A stretch of 64,000 nucleotides of DNA. Source: Escherichia coli (GTDB lineage Bacteria > Pseudomonadota > Gammaproteobacteria > Enterobacterales > Enterobacteriaceae). Where the stretch lies: the NCBI RefSeq assembly GCF_024502345.1, contig NZ_JALDNN010000001.1. One strand, written 5' to 3'. A program made the position numbers and the translations under genes. Under the pieces are notes generated by a model, which was given only the letters and a program-made list of their open reading frames with translations, was not told the origin of the DNA and searched no databases. Shown in pieces: positions 32,091 to 44,093 of the stretch. Position 1 is the first letter of the stretch; each line of letters begins with the position of its first letter.

Positions 32091-33256
32091 TATTTCCCCT
32101 CCACTGCGGCAACAACCTGCTGAGCTGCATCCGTCAGACCTTTTGCTGCAATAATATTCAGGCCGCTGTCAGCCAGTTTCTTCGCGCCGAGTTCGGCGTT
32201 GTTACCTTCCAGACGTACCACGACCGGTACGTTAACACCCACTTCTGCTACCGCGCCGATGATACCGTCAGCGATCAGGTCGCAACGAACGATACCGCCG
32301 AAGATGTTAACCAGAACGGCTTTCACTTTGTCGTCAGAGAGGATGATTTTGAACGCTTCGGTTACACGTTCTTTGGTTGCGCCGCCGCCAACGTCAAGGA
32401 AGTTAGCCGGTTCGCCGCCGTGCAGTTTAACGATGTCCATCGTACCCATCGCCAGACCTGCGCCGTTAACCATACAACCGATGTTACCGTCCAGCGCAAC
32501 GTAGTTCAGTTCCCACTGTGCAGCCTGTGCTTCACGCGGATCTTCCTGCGACTGGTCACGCATTTCGCGCAGATCAGGCTGGCGGAACAGTGCGTTGCCA
32601 TCAGCGCCCAGTTTGCCGTCGAGGCAAATCAGATCGCCCTGTTTGGTAATGACCAGCGGGTTGATTTCGATCAGCGCCAGGTCACGCTCCAGGAAAATGG
32701 TCGCCAGGCCCATGAAGATTTTGGTGAACTGCTGAACCAGTTTACCTTCCAGACCCAGTTTGAACGCCAGCTCGCGTCCCTGATACGGCATCGGGCCAGT
32801 CAGCGGATCAAGCGCAACTTTGTGGATCAGGTGCGGAGTTTCTTCCGCCACTTTTTCGATTTCCACGCCGCCTTCGGTAGAGGCCATAAAGACCACGCGA
32901 CGTGAACTACGGTCTACAACGGCACCGAGATACAGCTCTTTAGCGATATCGGTCGCCGCTTCAACCAGAATCTGGTTAACCGGTTGGCCATTGGCATCTG
33001 TTTGATACGTTACCAGACGCTTGCCCAGCCAGTTTTCTGCAAAAGCACGGATGTCTTCTTTACTGTTTACAACTTTCACACCGCCCGCTTTACCGCGGCC
33101 ACCAGCGTGAACCTGACATTTCACTACCCACGGACCGGCACCGATTTTTGAAGCGGCTTCTTCTGCTTCGCGCGGAGTAGTACAGGCATAACCCACCGGT
33201 GCTGGTAAGCCATAGCGGGCAAAAAGTTGTTTTGCCTGATATTCATGTAAGTTCAT
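32090..33256 (-). CDS. sucC: Succinyl-CoA synthetase beta subunit
   Basis: 388 aa ([16 protein letters not shown]...); stop overlaps the sucD start. Confidence 0.95.
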
Positions 33257-33329
33257 GTGTTCTGTCCATCCTTCAGTAATCGTTATCTTTTAAACCGTAG
33301 ACCGAATATTTCGTATCGCTTCCGGGTAT

Positions 33330-33525
33330 TGTCGGTCACCCGTAGGCCTGATAAGACGTGTAAGCGTCGCATCTGGCATCGCTTGTCGGATGCGGCGCGA
33401 GCGCCTTATCCGACCTACATCGGTGCTTCCCGTAGGCCTGATAAGACGCGTTAAGCGTCGCATCAGGCTTCAATTGCCGGAGAAGGCGATAATGTCTTAT
33501 CCGGTCTACAGTGCAGGTGAAACTT
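33330..33525. repeat. BIME/REP cluster in the sucB-sucC intergenic region
   Basis: Repeated gcctgataagacg...cgcatc palindromic units. Confidence 0.6.
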
Positions 33526-33531
33526 AAACTA

Positions 33532-34749
33532 CTACACGTCCAGCAGCAGACGCGTCGGATCTTCCAGCAACTCTTTGATTGTTAACAGGAAGCCAACGGA
33601 TTCGCGACCATCGATCAGACGGTGATCGTAGGACAGCGCCAGGTACATCATCGGCAGGATCTCAACCTGACCATTCACAGCCATCGGACGATCTTTGATA
33701 GCGTGCATACCCAGAATTGCGCTCTGCGGCGGGTTGATGATAGGCGTAGACATCAGGGAACCGAACACACCACCGTTGGTGATGGTGAAGTTACCACCGG
33801 TCAGATCTTCAACCGTCAGCTTGCCGTCACGGCCTTTAACTGCCAGCTCTTTGATTTTCTTCTCGATGTCTGCCATGCCGAGGGTATCGACATCACGCAG
33901 TACCGGCGTCACCAGGCCGCGCGGCGTAGAAACCGCCATGCTGACGTCGAAATAGTTGTGGTAAACCACGTCATCGCCGTCGATAGAAGCATTCACTTCC
34001 GGGTAACGTTTCAGGGCTTCAACCACCGCTTTCACGTAGAAGGACATAAAGCCCAGACGGATGCCGTGGCGTTTTTCAAATGCTTCACCGTACTGCTTAC
34101 GCAGATCCATAATCGGCTTCATGTTGACTTCGTTGAACGTGGTCAGCATGGCGGTGGAGTTTTTCGCTTCCAGCAGACGCTCTGCCACACGCTTACGCAG
34201 GCGAGTCATCGGGACACGTTTTTCGCTACGTGCAGCCAGAGCCGGTTGCGCCGCCGGAGCAGCCGCTGCCGGAGCAGACTCTTTCGCCGGAGCTTTCGCC
34301 AGATGTTTTTCCACATCTTCACGGGTCAGACGACCACCCACACCGGTGCCTTTAATGGCGCTGGCGTCGAGGTTATGTTCAGCCAGCAGGCGACGGATCG
34401 CCGGGCTTAACGCATCGTTGTTTTGCTCTTCCAGAGACGCCTGCTGGCGTTGCGCCGGAGTGGACGCTTTCTCTTCAGATTTGGCGCTGGTTTCTTTACC
34501 GGCGCTGTTGCCTTCACGCAGGCGACCAAGGATCTGACGAGACGTTACCGTTGTACCTTCATCTTCCAGAACCGCATCCAGAATGCCATCTGCTGATGCC
34601 GGTACTTCCAGTACCACTTTGTCAGTTTCGATTTCTACCAGCACTTCATCACGTACGACTGCGTCGCCGGGTTTTTTATGCCAGGTTGCGACGGTGGCAT
34701 CGGCTACGGATTCAGGCAGGTCAGGGACCAGAATATCTACGCTACTCAT
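33532..34749 (-). CDS. sucB: 2-Oxoglutarate dehydrogenase E2 (dihydrolipoyllysine succinyltransferase)
   Basis: 405 aa; lipoyl domain, Ala/Pro linker, catalytic domain. Confidence 0.95.
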   Translation of the reverse strand: MSSVDILVPDLPESVADATVATWHKKPGDAVVRDEVLVEIETDKVVLEVPASADGILDAVLEDEGTTVTSRQILGRLREGNSAGKETSAKSEEKASTPAQRQQASLEEQNNDALSPAIRRLLAEHNLDASAIKGTGVGGRLTREDVEKHLAKAPAKESAPAAAAPAAQPALAARSEKRVPMTRLRKRVAERLLEAKNSTAMLTTFNEVNMKPIMDLRKQYGEAFEKRHGIRLGFMSFYVKAVVEALKRYPEVNASIDGDDVVYHNYFDVSMAVSTPRGLVTPVLRDVDTLGMADIEKKIKELAVKGRDGKLTVEDLTGGNFTITNGGVFGSLMSTPIINPPQSAILGMHAIKDRPMAVNGQVEILPMMYLALSYDHRLIDGRESVGFLLTIKELLEDPTRLLLDV

Positions 34750-34763
34750 TGTGTATCCTTTAT

Positions 34764-37565
34764 TTATTCGACGTTCAGCGCGTCATTAACCAGATCTTGT
34801 TGCTGTTTCTGGTGAACGGACATATACCCTACCGCCGGAGAGGCGGAGGCCGGGCGGCCTGCATAACGCAGAGAAGCCCCAAACGGAATCACTTCACGGA
34901 AATGATGCTGGCTGCAGTACCATGCGCCCTGGTTGAGCGGCTCTTCCTGGCACCAGACAAAATCCTTGACGTGAGCAAACTGCTGCAACACTTCCTGCAT
35001 CGCTTTATGCGGGAACGGGTAGAGTTGCTCGATACGCACAATGGCGACATCATGTTGATTGTTCTTACGACGCTGTTCCAGCAGGTCGTAATAAACCTTA
35101 CCAGAACACATCACTACGCGCTTCACGCCCTTCGGATCAAGCTCGTCGATTTCACCGATGGCTGGCAGGAAGGTGCCGTTCGCCAGTTCTTCGAGGCTGG
35201 AAACCGCCAGCGGATGACGCAGCAGGGATTTCGGCGACATCACTACCAGCGGACGACGCATCCCGCGCAGCGCCTGACGACGCAGCATGTGGTAAACCTG
35301 TGCCGGGGTAGACGGAACGCAAACCTGCATGTTTTGCTCAGCACAAAGTTGCAGATAACGTTCCAGACGCGCGGAGGAGTGCTCCGGCCCCTGCCCTTCG
35401 TAACCGTGCGGCAGCAACATCACCAGACCACACATCCGGCCCCATTTCTGTTCGCCAGAAGAGATGAACTGGTCGATAACCACCTGCGCACCGTTGGCGA
35501 AGTCACCGAACTGCGCTTCCCAGATGGTCAGAGTGCGTGGTTCTGCGGTGGCATAACCGTATTCAAACGCCAGCACTGCTTCTTCAGACAGTACGGAGTC
35601 CCAGACGCGGAACGCGCCCTGCCCGTTATGGATGTGTTGCAACGGCGTGTAAGTGGAACCGTTAGACTGGTTGTGGATCACCGCGTGGCGGTGGAAGAAG
35701 GTACCGCGACCGGAGTCTTCACCCGACAGGCGAACCGGAATGCCTTCGTCAACCAGCGTGGCGTAAGCGAGGTTTTCCGCACCGCCCCAGTCGAACAGTT
35801 TTTCACCGGCAGCCATCGCCTGGCGATCGCCATAAATCTTGGCAACGCGAGACTGCATTTCAACTGCTTCCGGCACCGTGCTGATGCGTTTCGCCAGCTC
35901 CTGCAGGCGCTTCATCTCAACTTTGTTCGGGTACTCTTCGTCCCATTCGTGGTTGAGGTACGGCGACCAGGTGAAAGAGTGCATGTTCATCGGACGCCAC
36001 TCTGCCACTACGCAATCGCCAGCATCCAGCGCATCGCGGTACAGGTTAACCATCTCGGTGGCATCTTCCAGCGTCGCCACTTTTTCCTGCTCCAGCTTGT
36101 CAGCGTAGATTTTGCGCGGTGTCGGATGTTTTTTGATTTTCTGATACATCAGCGGCTGGGTTGCGCTCGGCTCGTCGGCTTCGTTGTGGCCGTGACGGCG
36201 GTAGCACACCAGGTCGATGAAGACATCACGTTTAAAGGTGTTACGGAAATCGAGCGCCAGACGGGTCACAAAGGCAACGGCTTCCGGATCATCCGCGTTA
36301 ACGTGGAAAATCGGTGCCTGAACCATCTTACCGATATCAGTACAGTACGGTGTAGAACGAGCATCCAGCGGATTAGAGGTGGTGAAACCAACCTGGTTGT
36401 TGATAACGATACGTACCGTACCGCCAACTTCATAACCACGCGCTTTCGACATGTTCAGAGTTTCCTGAACCACGCCCTGCCCGGTCACTGCGGCGTCACC
36501 GTGGATGGTGATTGGCAGCACTTTGTTGCTGCTCGGCTCATCAAGTCTGTCCAGACGGGCACGAACAGAACCGATAACTACCGGGCTTACAATCTCAAGG
36601 TGAGACGGGTTAAACGCCAGCGCCAGGTGCACCAGGCCGCCATCGGTCTGGAAGTCAGACGAGAAGCCCATGTGGTATTTCACGTCACCCGTGCCGAGGT
36701 GTTCTTTATGTTTACCGGCAAACTCGTCGAACAAGTCTTGCGGTTTTTTACCCAGCACGTTCACCAGCACGTTCAGACGACCACGGTGCGCCATCCCAAG
36801 AACCACTTCGCGGGTGCCGCTGTTGCCAGCGTGGCGGATCATCTCTTTAAGCATCGGGATTAACGCGTCACCGCCTTCCAGCGAGAAGCGTTTTGCGCCA
36901 GGGAATTTTGCGCCGAGGTAACGTTCAAGGCCTTCAGCGGCGGTCAGTTCGCTTAAGAAGCGTTTTTTCTCTTCGCTATTGAAAGTCGCGCGACCAGACT
37001 CGATACGCTGTTGGATCCAGCGTTTTTCTTCGGTGCTGGTAATGTGCATATACTCGGCACCAATCGGGCCACAGTAGGTTTGCTTGAGTGCTTCCAGCAG
37101 CTCGCCGAGTTTCATGGTTTCTTTGCCGCTGGCAAATGAACCGACGTTGAAGGTTTCCTGGAAGTCTGCTTCGGTCAGATCGTGGAAAGACGGATCCAGA
37201 TCGGCCACTTTATCTTGCTGCCACAGTCCCAGCGGATCGAGATTCGCATGCTGGTGACCACGGAAGCGGTATGCGTTAATGAGCTGCAGGACTTTAACCT
37301 GCTTCACATTGGTGTCAGGGTCGGAGATCGTTGAAGAGTAACGTGAAGCGTCTTTCGCCAGGCGGCGGAAATATTCACGCGTTTGAGAGTGGAATTGATC
37401 CGGTTTGACTCCCGTACCAGGTAACTGCTGGAACGTCGAACGCCAGTTAGCGTCAACCGAGTCAGGATCGGTTAAGAAGTCTTCATAGAGCTGTTCTATC
37501 CAGCTCTGGTTTGCGCCAGAGAGGTAAGAAGAGTCCAACCAGGCTTTCAAAGCGCTGTTCTGCAT
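34764..37565 (-). CDS. sucA: 2-Oxoglutarate dehydrogenase E1 component
   Basis: 933 aa. Confidence 0.95.
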   Translation of the reverse strand: MQNSALKAWLDSSYLSGANQSWIEQLYEDFLTDPDSVDANWRSTFQQLPGTGVKPDQFHSQTREYFRRLAKDASRYSSTISDPDTNVKQVKVLQLINAYRFRGHQHANLDPLGLWQQDKVADLDPSFHDLTEADFQETFNVGSFASGKETMKLGELLEALKQTYCGPIGAEYMHITSTEEKRWIQQRIESGRATFNSEEKKRFLSELTAAEGLERYLGAKFPGAKRFSLEGGDALIPMLKEMIRHAGNSGTREVVLGMAHRGRLNVLVNVLGKKPQDLFDEFAGKHKEHLGTGDVKYHMGFSSDFQTDGGLVHLALAFNPSHLEIVSPVVIGSVRARLDRLDEPSSNKVLPITIHGDAAVTGQGVVQETLNMSKARGYEVGGTVRIVINNQVGFTTSNPLDARSTPYCTDIGKMVQAPIFHVNADDPEAVAFVTRLALDFRNTFKRDVFIDLVCYRRHGHNEADEPSATQPLMYQKIKKHPTPRKIYADKLEQEKVATLEDATEMVNLYRDALDAGDCVVAEWRPMNMHSFTWSPYLNHEWDEEYPNKVEMKRLQELAKRISTVPEAVEMQSRVAKIYGDRQAMAAGEKLFDWGGAENLAYATLVDEGIPVRLSGEDSGRGTFFHRHAVIHNQSNGSTYTPLQHIHNGQGAFRVWDSVLSEEAVLAFEYGYATAEPRTLTIWEAQFGDFANGAQVVIDQFISSGEQKWGRMCGLVMLLPHGYEGQGPEHSSARLERYLQLCAEQNMQVCVPSTPAQVYHMLRRQALRGMRRPLVVMSPKSLLRHPLAVSSLEELANGTFLPAIGEIDELDPKGVKRVVMCSGKVYYDLLEQRRKNNQHDVAIVRIEQLYPFPHKAMQEVLQQFAHVKDFVWCQEEPLNQGAWYCSQHHFREVIPFGASLRYAGRPASASPAVGYMSVHQKQQQDLVNDALNVE

Positions 37566-37739
37566 CGTGATCCCTTAAGCATCTTTTTTATGCTTACTTC
37601 GCCGTGGATACTACCACGCACAGTGATGTGCGTGCCGGGGTTCACTTGCGAGCTCTTGTCTACGTAGTGGCTCGCGAAGGAACCTTTAAAAACTGTCTTA
37701 GTGTCAGGGGCAGTTTTTAAAGATTTCCTGCATTTCTTT

Positions 37740-37865
37740 GTTACGCCTGATGCGCTGCGCTTATCAGGCCTACGGGTAATGACTTGTAGGCCGGATAAGG
37801 CGTTCACGCCGCATCCGGCACTGGTTGCCTGATGCGACGCTTGCGCGTCTTATCAGGCCTACGGT
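37740..37865. repeat. REP elements in the sdhB-sucA intergenic region
   Basis: gcctgatgcgctgcgcttatcaggcctac and repeated copies. Confidence 0.6.
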
Positions 37866-38582
37866 TTACGCATTACGTTGCAACAACATCGACTTGATAT
37901 GGCCGATGGCGCGCGTCGGGTTCAGCCCCTTCGGACATACACTGACGCAGTTCATGATGCTGTGACAGCGGAATACGCTGAATGCATCGCTCAAACCGTC
38001 GAGGCGGCTGTCAGTCTCGGTATCACGGCTATCGATCAGGAAACGATATGCCGCTAACAAGCCTGCCGGGCCGATAAACTTATCGGGATTCCACCAGAAA
38101 GACGGACAAGAGGTTGAACAACATGCGCAGAGAATACATTCATACAGCCCGTCGAGTTTTTCGCGCTGCTCTGGCATCTGTAAATGCTCGCGAGCTGGCG
38201 GATTTTGTCCATTATTCAACAGGTAAGGCTTAATTTTCTCATATTGCGCATAGAATTGTCCCATGTCTACCACCAAATCGCGGATCACCGGTAAACCTGG
38301 CAGCGGGCGAATCACAATCTTCTTGCCCGGCTGGTTGAGTGCCGAAATCGGGGTAATACAGGCCAGACCATTCTTGCCGTTCATGTTCAGACCGTCGGAA
38401 CCGCACACACCTTCACGACAGGAGCGGCGGAACGACAGGCTGGGATCTTTCTCTTTCAGCTGGATAAGCGCATCCAGCAGCATCATGTCGCGACCTTCTT
38501 CCGCTTCCAGGGTGTAATCCTGCATACGCGGAGCATCATCAACATCCGGGTTATAGCGATAAATTGAAAACTCGAGTCTCAT
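37866..38582 (-). CDS. sdhB: Succinate dehydrogenase iron-sulfur subunit
   Basis: 238 aa; Cys clusters for 2Fe-2S/4Fe-4S/3Fe-4S centres. Confidence 0.95.
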   Translation of the reverse strand: MRLEFSIYRYNPDVDDAPRMQDYTLEAEEGRDMMLLDALIQLKEKDPSLSFRRSCREGVCGSDGLNMNGKNGLACITPISALNQPGKKIVIRPLPGLPVIRDLVVDMGQFYAQYEKIKPYLLNNGQNPPAREHLQMPEQREKLDGLYECILCACCSTSCPSFWWNPDKFIGPAGLLAAYRFLIDSRDTETDSRLDGLSDAFSVFRCHSIMNCVSVCPKGLNPTRAIGHIKSMLLQRNA

Positions 38583-38597
38583 TTTCCTGTCTCCGCA

Positions 38598-40364
38598 TTA
38601 GTAAGTACGAATCTTCGGCGGGAATGCCGGGCGCAGTTTCGGTTCCATGTTGACGCTTCGGCGCGTCATGGATTCCGACTCTGGCAGATACAGGGAGTGG
38701 CACAGCCAGTTTTCATCATCACGATCCGGGAAGTCGAAGCGGCTATGTGCGCCACGGCTTTCGGTACGGAAGTTGGCAGAAACAGCCGTTGCATACGCCG
38801 TTTCCATCAGGTTATCCAGTTCCAGGCACTCAACGCGCTGGGTGTTGAACTCGCTGGAAGTGTCATCCAGACGGGCATTTTTCAGACGCTCGCGGATAAC
38901 TTTCAACTGCTCAAGCCCTTTCGCCATCGCATCACCTTCACGGAAGACCGAGAAGTTATGCTGCATACATTCTTGCAGCGCTTTACGAATCGCCACCGGA
39001 TCTTCACCGTTACGATTATTGTTCCAGCGGTTCAGACGATCCAGAGATGCTTCAACATCAGACTCGCTGGCATCGCGCAATGCGCCCTGTTCGGCGATAG
39101 ACTCTTGCAGATGCAGACCTGCCGCACGACCAAAGACCACCAGGTCCAGCAGCGAGTTGCCGCCCAGACGGTTAGCGCCGTGTACCGATACACAAGCGAT
39201 TTCACCAACGGCAAACAGCCCCGGAACAACCACATCTTCGCCTTTCTCGTTCACCGTCAGCGCCTGACCGGTCACTTTGGTCGGAATACCGCCCATCATG
39301 TAGTGACAGGTTGGGATAACCGGAATCGGCTCTTTCACCGGATCGACGTGAGCGAAGGTACGGGAAAGCTCCAGGATACCCGGCAGACGGGATTCGAGAA
39401 CTTCTTTACCCAGGTGATCGAGTTTCAGTTTCGCGTGTGGCCCCCACGGACCATCACAGCCGCGACCTTCACGGATTTCAATCATGATGGAACGCGCCAC
39501 CACATCACGGCCCGCCAGGTCTTTGGCGTTCGGCGCATAACGCTCCATAAAGCGTTCGCCATGTTTGTTCAGCAGATAACCGCCTTCACCACGGCAACCT
39601 TCGGTGACCAGTACGCCCGCACCGGCAATGCCGGTCGGGTGGAATTGCCACATTTCCATATCCTGCACCGGTACGCCTGCGCGGATAGCCATGCCGACAC
39701 CGTCGCCAGTGTTAATGTGGGCGTTAGTGGTGGACTGATAAATACGCCCTGCCCCGCCAGTCGCCAGCACGGTAGCGCGGGCTTTGAAATAAACCACTTC
39801 ACCGGTTTCGATGCACAGTGCGGTACAACCCACCACCGCGCCATCCTGGTTTTTCACCAGATCCAGCGCATACCACTCGGAGAAAATGGTGGTGTGGTTT
39901 TTCAGGTTCTGCTGATAAAGCGTGTGCAACAGTGCGTGACCGGTACGGTCAGCCGCCGCCGCAGTGCGTGCCGCCTGCTCGCCGCCGAAGTTTTTCGACT
40001 GACCGCCAAACGGACGTTGATAGATACGACCATCATCAAGACGCGAGAACGGCAGGCCCATGTGTTCGAGTTCCAGAATCGCTTCCGGCCCGGTTTTACA
40101 CATATATTCAATCGCGTCCTGGTCACCGATATAGTCCGACCCTTTTACGGTGTCGTACATATGCCATTCCCAGTTATCTTCATGGGTATTACCCAGCGCA
40201 ACGGTAATGCCGCCTTGCGCAGAAACGGTATGGGAACGGGTCGGGAAGACTTTAGAGAGCAGCGCACAGGTCTGGCCGCTCTGGGAAATTTGCAGCGCCG
40301 CGCGCATACCTGCGCCACCGGCACCAATCACAACTGCATCAAATTCTCTGACTGGCAATTTCAT
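38598..40364 (-). CDS. sdhA: Succinate dehydrogenase flavoprotein subunit
   Basis: 588 aa from [19 protein letters not shown] (FAD-binding); ORF-track start is 4 codons upstream. Confidence 0.95.
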   Translation of the reverse strand: MKLPVREFDAVVIGAGGAGMRAALQISQSGQTCALLSKVFPTRSHTVSAQGGITVALGNTHEDNWEWHMYDTVKGSDYIGDQDAIEYMCKTGPEAILELEHMGLPFSRLDDGRIYQRPFGGQSKNFGGEQAARTAAAADRTGHALLHTLYQQNLKNHTTIFSEWYALDLVKNQDGAVVGCTALCIETGEVVYFKARATVLATGGAGRIYQSTTNAHINTGDGVGMAIRAGVPVQDMEMWQFHPTGIAGAGVLVTEGCRGEGGYLLNKHGERFMERYAPNAKDLAGRDVVARSIMIEIREGRGCDGPWGPHAKLKLDHLGKEVLESRLPGILELSRTFAHVDPVKEPIPVIPTCHYMMGGIPTKVTGQALTVNEKGEDVVVPGLFAVGEIACVSVHGANRLGGNSLLDLVVFGRAAGLHLQESIAEQGALRDASESDVEASLDRLNRWNNNRNGEDPVAIRKALQECMQHNFSVFREGDAMAKGLEQLKVIRERLKNARLDDTSSEFNTQRVECLELDNLMETAYATAVSANFRTESRGAHSRFDFPDRDDENWLCHSLYLPESESMTRRSVNMEPKLRPAFPPKIRTY

Positions 40365-40711
40365 CACACACCCCACACCACAACGAATCCATAAATCACG
40401 TAAACCACCAGTGCAACGACAATCACCAGTTGCAGCATCAGGCGCAAAGCCAGCGGTTTAACGTAGTCGGTCAACACCTGCCACATGCCGATCCAGGCAT
40501 GGATCAAGATAGAAAACAGCGCCAGCAGGGTGAACACTTTGGTGAACGCAGAGGCGAAGAAACCGATCCAGACTTCATATGTCAGCTCGCCACTGGTGGC
40601 GAAAAAACCGACCATATAAATGATGTAGAGCGTCAGGACGATAGCGGTAGCGCGAACGAGGATGAAATCATGTACGCCATTGCGTCCTAATGCGGAGGCG
40701 TTGCTTACCAT
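40364..40711 (-). CDS. sdhD: Succinate dehydrogenase membrane anchor subunit
   Basis: 115 aa hydrophobic. Confidence 0.93.
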
Positions 40712-41094
40712 ACGAGGACTCCTGCGAGAAGTGAAAGCACGACAGTAATAACAAAGGAGATTTTGGCGGAGCGTTTACCCGCTTCGAATGTTTCTTCCAG
40801 ATAGCCAAAATCCATCATCATGTGGCGAATACCTACGACGACGTGATACGCCATAGCGGTAAGGATGCCCCACATGATAAATTTGACGAAAAAGCTGCCC
40901 ATAATCGCGGAAGCTTGCTCGAAACCTTCAGGGGAAGAGAGGCTGGTACCCAGAAGCCACAGCAGGATACCCACTGCAACAAAGGTGATCACACCGGAAA
41001 CGCGATGGAGAATGGACGCTATCGCCGTGATGGGGAACCGGATGGTCTGTAGGTCCAGATTAACAGGTCTTTGTTTTTTCACATTTCTTATCAT
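40705..41094 (-). CDS. sdhC: Succinate dehydrogenase cytochrome b556 subunit
   Basis: 129 aa from [15 protein letters not shown]; ORF-track start is 5 codons upstream. Confidence 0.9.
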
Positions 41095-41802
41095 GAATAA
41101 CGCCCACATGCTGTTCTTATTATTCCCTGGGGACTACGGGCACAGAGGTTAACTTTCTGTTACCTGGAGACGTCGGGATTTCCTTCCTCCGGTCTGCTTG
41201 CGGGTCAGACAGCGTCCTTTCTATAACTGCGCGTCATGCAAAACACTGCTTCCAGATGCGAAAACGACACGTTACAACGCTGGGTGGCTCGGGATTGCAG
41301 GGTGTTCCGGAGACCTGGCGGCAGTATAGGCCGTTCACAAAATCATTACAATTAACCTACATATAGTTTGTCGGGTTTTATCCTGAACAGTGATCCAGGT
41401 CACGATAACAACATTTATTTAATTTTTAATCATCTAATTTGACAATCATTCAACAAAGTTGTTACAAACATTACCAGGAAAAGCATATAATGCGTAAAAG
41501 TTATGAAGTCGGTATTTCACCTAAGATTAACTTATGTAACAGTGTGGAAGTATTGACCAATTCATTCGGGACAGTTATTAGTGGTAGACAAGTTTAATAA
41601 TTCGGATTGCTAAGTACTTGATTCGCCATTTATTCGTCATCAATGGATCCTTTACCTGCAAGCGCCCAGAGCTCTGTACCCAGGTTTTCCCCTCTTTCAC
41701 AGAGCGGCGAGCCAAATAACAAACGGGTAAAGCCAGGTTGATGTGCGAAGGCAAATTTAAGTTCCGGCAGTCTTACGCAATAAGGCGCTAAGGAGACCTT
41801 AA

Positions 41803-43086
41803 ATGGCTGATACAAAAGCAAAACTCACCCTCAACGGGGACACAGCTGTTGAACTGGATGTGCTGAAAGGCACGCTGGGTCAAGATGTTATTGATATCCG
41901 TACTCTCGGTTCAAAAGGTGTGTTCACCTTTGACCCTGGCTTCACTTCAACCGCATCCTGCGAATCTAAAATTACTTTTATTGATGGTGATGAAGGTATT
42001 TTGCTGCACCGCGGTTTCCCGATCGATCAGCTGGCGACCGATTCTAACTACCTGGAAGTTTGTTACATCCTGCTGAATGGTGAAAAACCGACTCAGGAAC
42101 AGTATGACGAATTTAAAACTACGGTGACCCGTCATACCATGATCCACGAGCAGATTACCCGTCTGTTCCACGCTTTCCGTCGCGACTCACATCCAATGGC
42201 AGTCATGTGTGGTATTACCGGCGCGCTGGCGGCGTTCTATCACGACTCGCTGGATGTTAACAATCCTCGTCATCGTGAAATTGCCGCGTTCCGCCTGCTG
42301 TCGAAAATGCCGACCATGGCAGCGATGTGTTACAAGTATTCCATTGGTCAGCCATTTGTTTATCCGCGCAACGATCTCTCCTATGCCGGTAACTTCCTGA
42401 ATATGATGTTCTCCACGCCGTGCGAACCGTATGAAGTTAATCCGATTCTGGAACGTGCTATGGACCGTATTCTGATCCTGCACGCTGACCATGAACAGAA
42501 CGCCTCTACCTCCACCGTGCGTACCGCTGGCTCTTCGGGTGCGAACCCGTTTGCCTGTATCGCAGCAGGTATTGCTTCACTGTGGGGACCTGCGCACGGG
42601 GGTGCTAACGAAGCGGCGCTGAAAATGCTGGAAGAAATTAGCTCCGTTAAACACATTCCGGAATTTGTTCGTCGTGCGAAAGATAAAAATGATTCTTTCC
42701 GCCTGATGGGCTTCGGTCACCGCGTGTACAATAATTACGACCCGCGCGCCACCGTAATGCGTGAAACTTGCCATGAAGTTCTGAAAGAGCTGGGCACCAA
42801 AGATGACCTGCTGGAAGTGGCTATGGAGCTGGAAAACATCGCGCTGAACGACCCGTACTTTATCGAGAAGAAACTGTACCCGAACGTCGATTTCTACTCT
42901 GGTATCATCCTGAAAGCGATGGGTATTCCGTCTTCCATGTTCACTGTCATTTTCGCAATGGCACGTACCGTTGGCTGGATCGCCCACTGGAGCGAAATGC
43001 ACAGTGACGGTATGAAGATTGCCCGTCCGCGTCAGCTGTATACAGGATATGAAAAACGCGACTTTAAAAGCGATATCAAGCGTTAA
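41803..43086 (+). CDS. gltA: Citrate synthase
   Basis: 427 aa ([13 protein letters not shown]...), divergent from sdhCDAB. Confidence 0.95.
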   Translation: MADTKAKLTLNGDTAVELDVLKGTLGQDVIDIRTLGSKGVFTFDPGFTSTASCESKITFIDGDEGILLHRGFPIDQLATDSNYLEVCYILLNGEKPTQEQYDEFKTTVTRHTMIHEQITRLFHAFRRDSHPMAVMCGITGALAAFYHDSLDVNNPRHREIAAFRLLSKMPTMAAMCYKYSIGQPFVYPRNDLSYAGNFLNMMFSTPCEPYEVNPILERAMDRILILHADHEQNASTSTVRTAGSSGANPFACIAAGIASLWGPAHGGANEAALKMLEEISSVKHIPEFVRRAKDKNDSFRLMGFGHRVYNNYDPRATVMRETCHEVLKELGTKDDLLEVAMELENIALNDPYFIEKKLYPNVDFYSGIILKAMGIPSSMFTVIFAMARTVGWIAHWSEMHSDGMKIARPRQLYTGYEKRDFKSDIKR

Positions 43087-43113
43087 TGGTTGATTGCTAA
43101 GTTGTAAATATTT

Positions 43114-43146
43114 TAACCCGCCGTTCAAATGGCGGGTTAATTTTTA
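43114..43146 (+). terminator. Rho-independent terminator after gltA
   Basis: Hairpin aacccgccgttcaaatggcgggtt followed by aatttttat. Confidence 0.75.
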
Positions 43147-43476
43147 TATGCCTAAACACAAAAAATTGTAAAAATAAAATCCACTATCGGACATTCATAT
43201 ATTCTAAAAAAAAATATATCGGTATAAATTATAAACAAATCGATGATTTTTAATCATGTATCTTCCTCTCAGTTACATGAATAAACCACCAAATATAGCG
43301 CCCCCCTATAATTTCCAATACTTTATTCATCAAACATTTAATTCATACCATCAATTAATTACTTTTACATTTAATAAAATTAATAATATTTTTAAGAAAA
43401 ACTAAAAACATTCGACAATCAAATAAGATATTCTTGCACCGATATACTTTTTTCTTTTCTGTTAAAGGACTCCGTT

Positions 43477-44043
43477 ATGTTTAAAGGACAAAAAACATTG
43501 GCCGCACTGGCCGTATCTCTGTTGTTCACTGCACCTGTTTATGCGGCTGATGAAGGATGCGGTGCAATTCATTTTAAAGGTGAGGTTATTGAAGCGCCTT
43601 GTGAAATACATCAGGATGATATTGATAAAGAAGTTGAACTTGGTCAGGTGACCACCAGCCACATTAATCAGTCACATCACAGCGATGCCGTTGCTGTCGA
43701 CCTGCGCTTAGTCAACTGTGATCTGGAAAACTCCAGCAACGGTTCCGGTGGCAAGATTTCTAAAGTTGCAGTCACCTTTGATAGCTCAGCGAAAACCACC
43801 GGCGCAGATCCGATTCTCAACAACACCAGCACGGGTGAAGCCACCGGCGTCGGCGTGCGTTTATTGAATAAAGATCAAACCAATATCGTTTTAGGCACTG
43901 CTGCTCCAGACATCGACCTGGCACCGACCTCCAGCGAACAAATGCTGAATTTCTTTGCCTGGATGGAACAAATTGATCAGGCTACACCTGTAACGCCAGG
44001 CGCAGTTACAGCGAATGCTACCTACGTGCTGGATTATAAATAA
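43477..44043 (+). CDS. ybgD: Fimbrial major subunit-like protein (chaperone-usher pilus)
   Basis: 188 aa with signal peptide and fimbrial subunit features. Confidence 0.85.
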   Translation: MFKGQKTLAALAVSLLFTAPVYAADEGCGAIHFKGEVIEAPCEIHQDDIDKEVELGQVTTSHINQSHHSDAVAVDLRLVNCDLENSSNGSGGKISKVAVTFDSSAKTTGADPILNNTSTGEATGVGVRLLNKDQTNIVLGTAAPDIDLAPTSSEQMLNFFAWMEQIDQATPVTPGAVTANATYVLDYK

Positions 44044-44093
44044 GTATTACTTTGGCGGCGCTATCGCCGCCTTTCTTCAAATATTTATCAGGT

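Noticed and set aside
34551-36863. 770 aa ORF on the plus strand
   Set aside because: Lies entirely antisense within sucA (933 aa, well-supported); Arg/His/Val-rich composition typical of spurious antisense frames in GC-rich coding DNA
38697-40394. 565 aa ORF on the plus strand
   Set aside because: Antisense to sdhA; no start context; artefact of stop-poor reverse frame
41110-41802. Specific ArcA/FNR/CRP operator calls in the gltA-sdhC divergent promoter region
   Set aside because: Regulation here is well known, but I could not place individual sites confidently by eye
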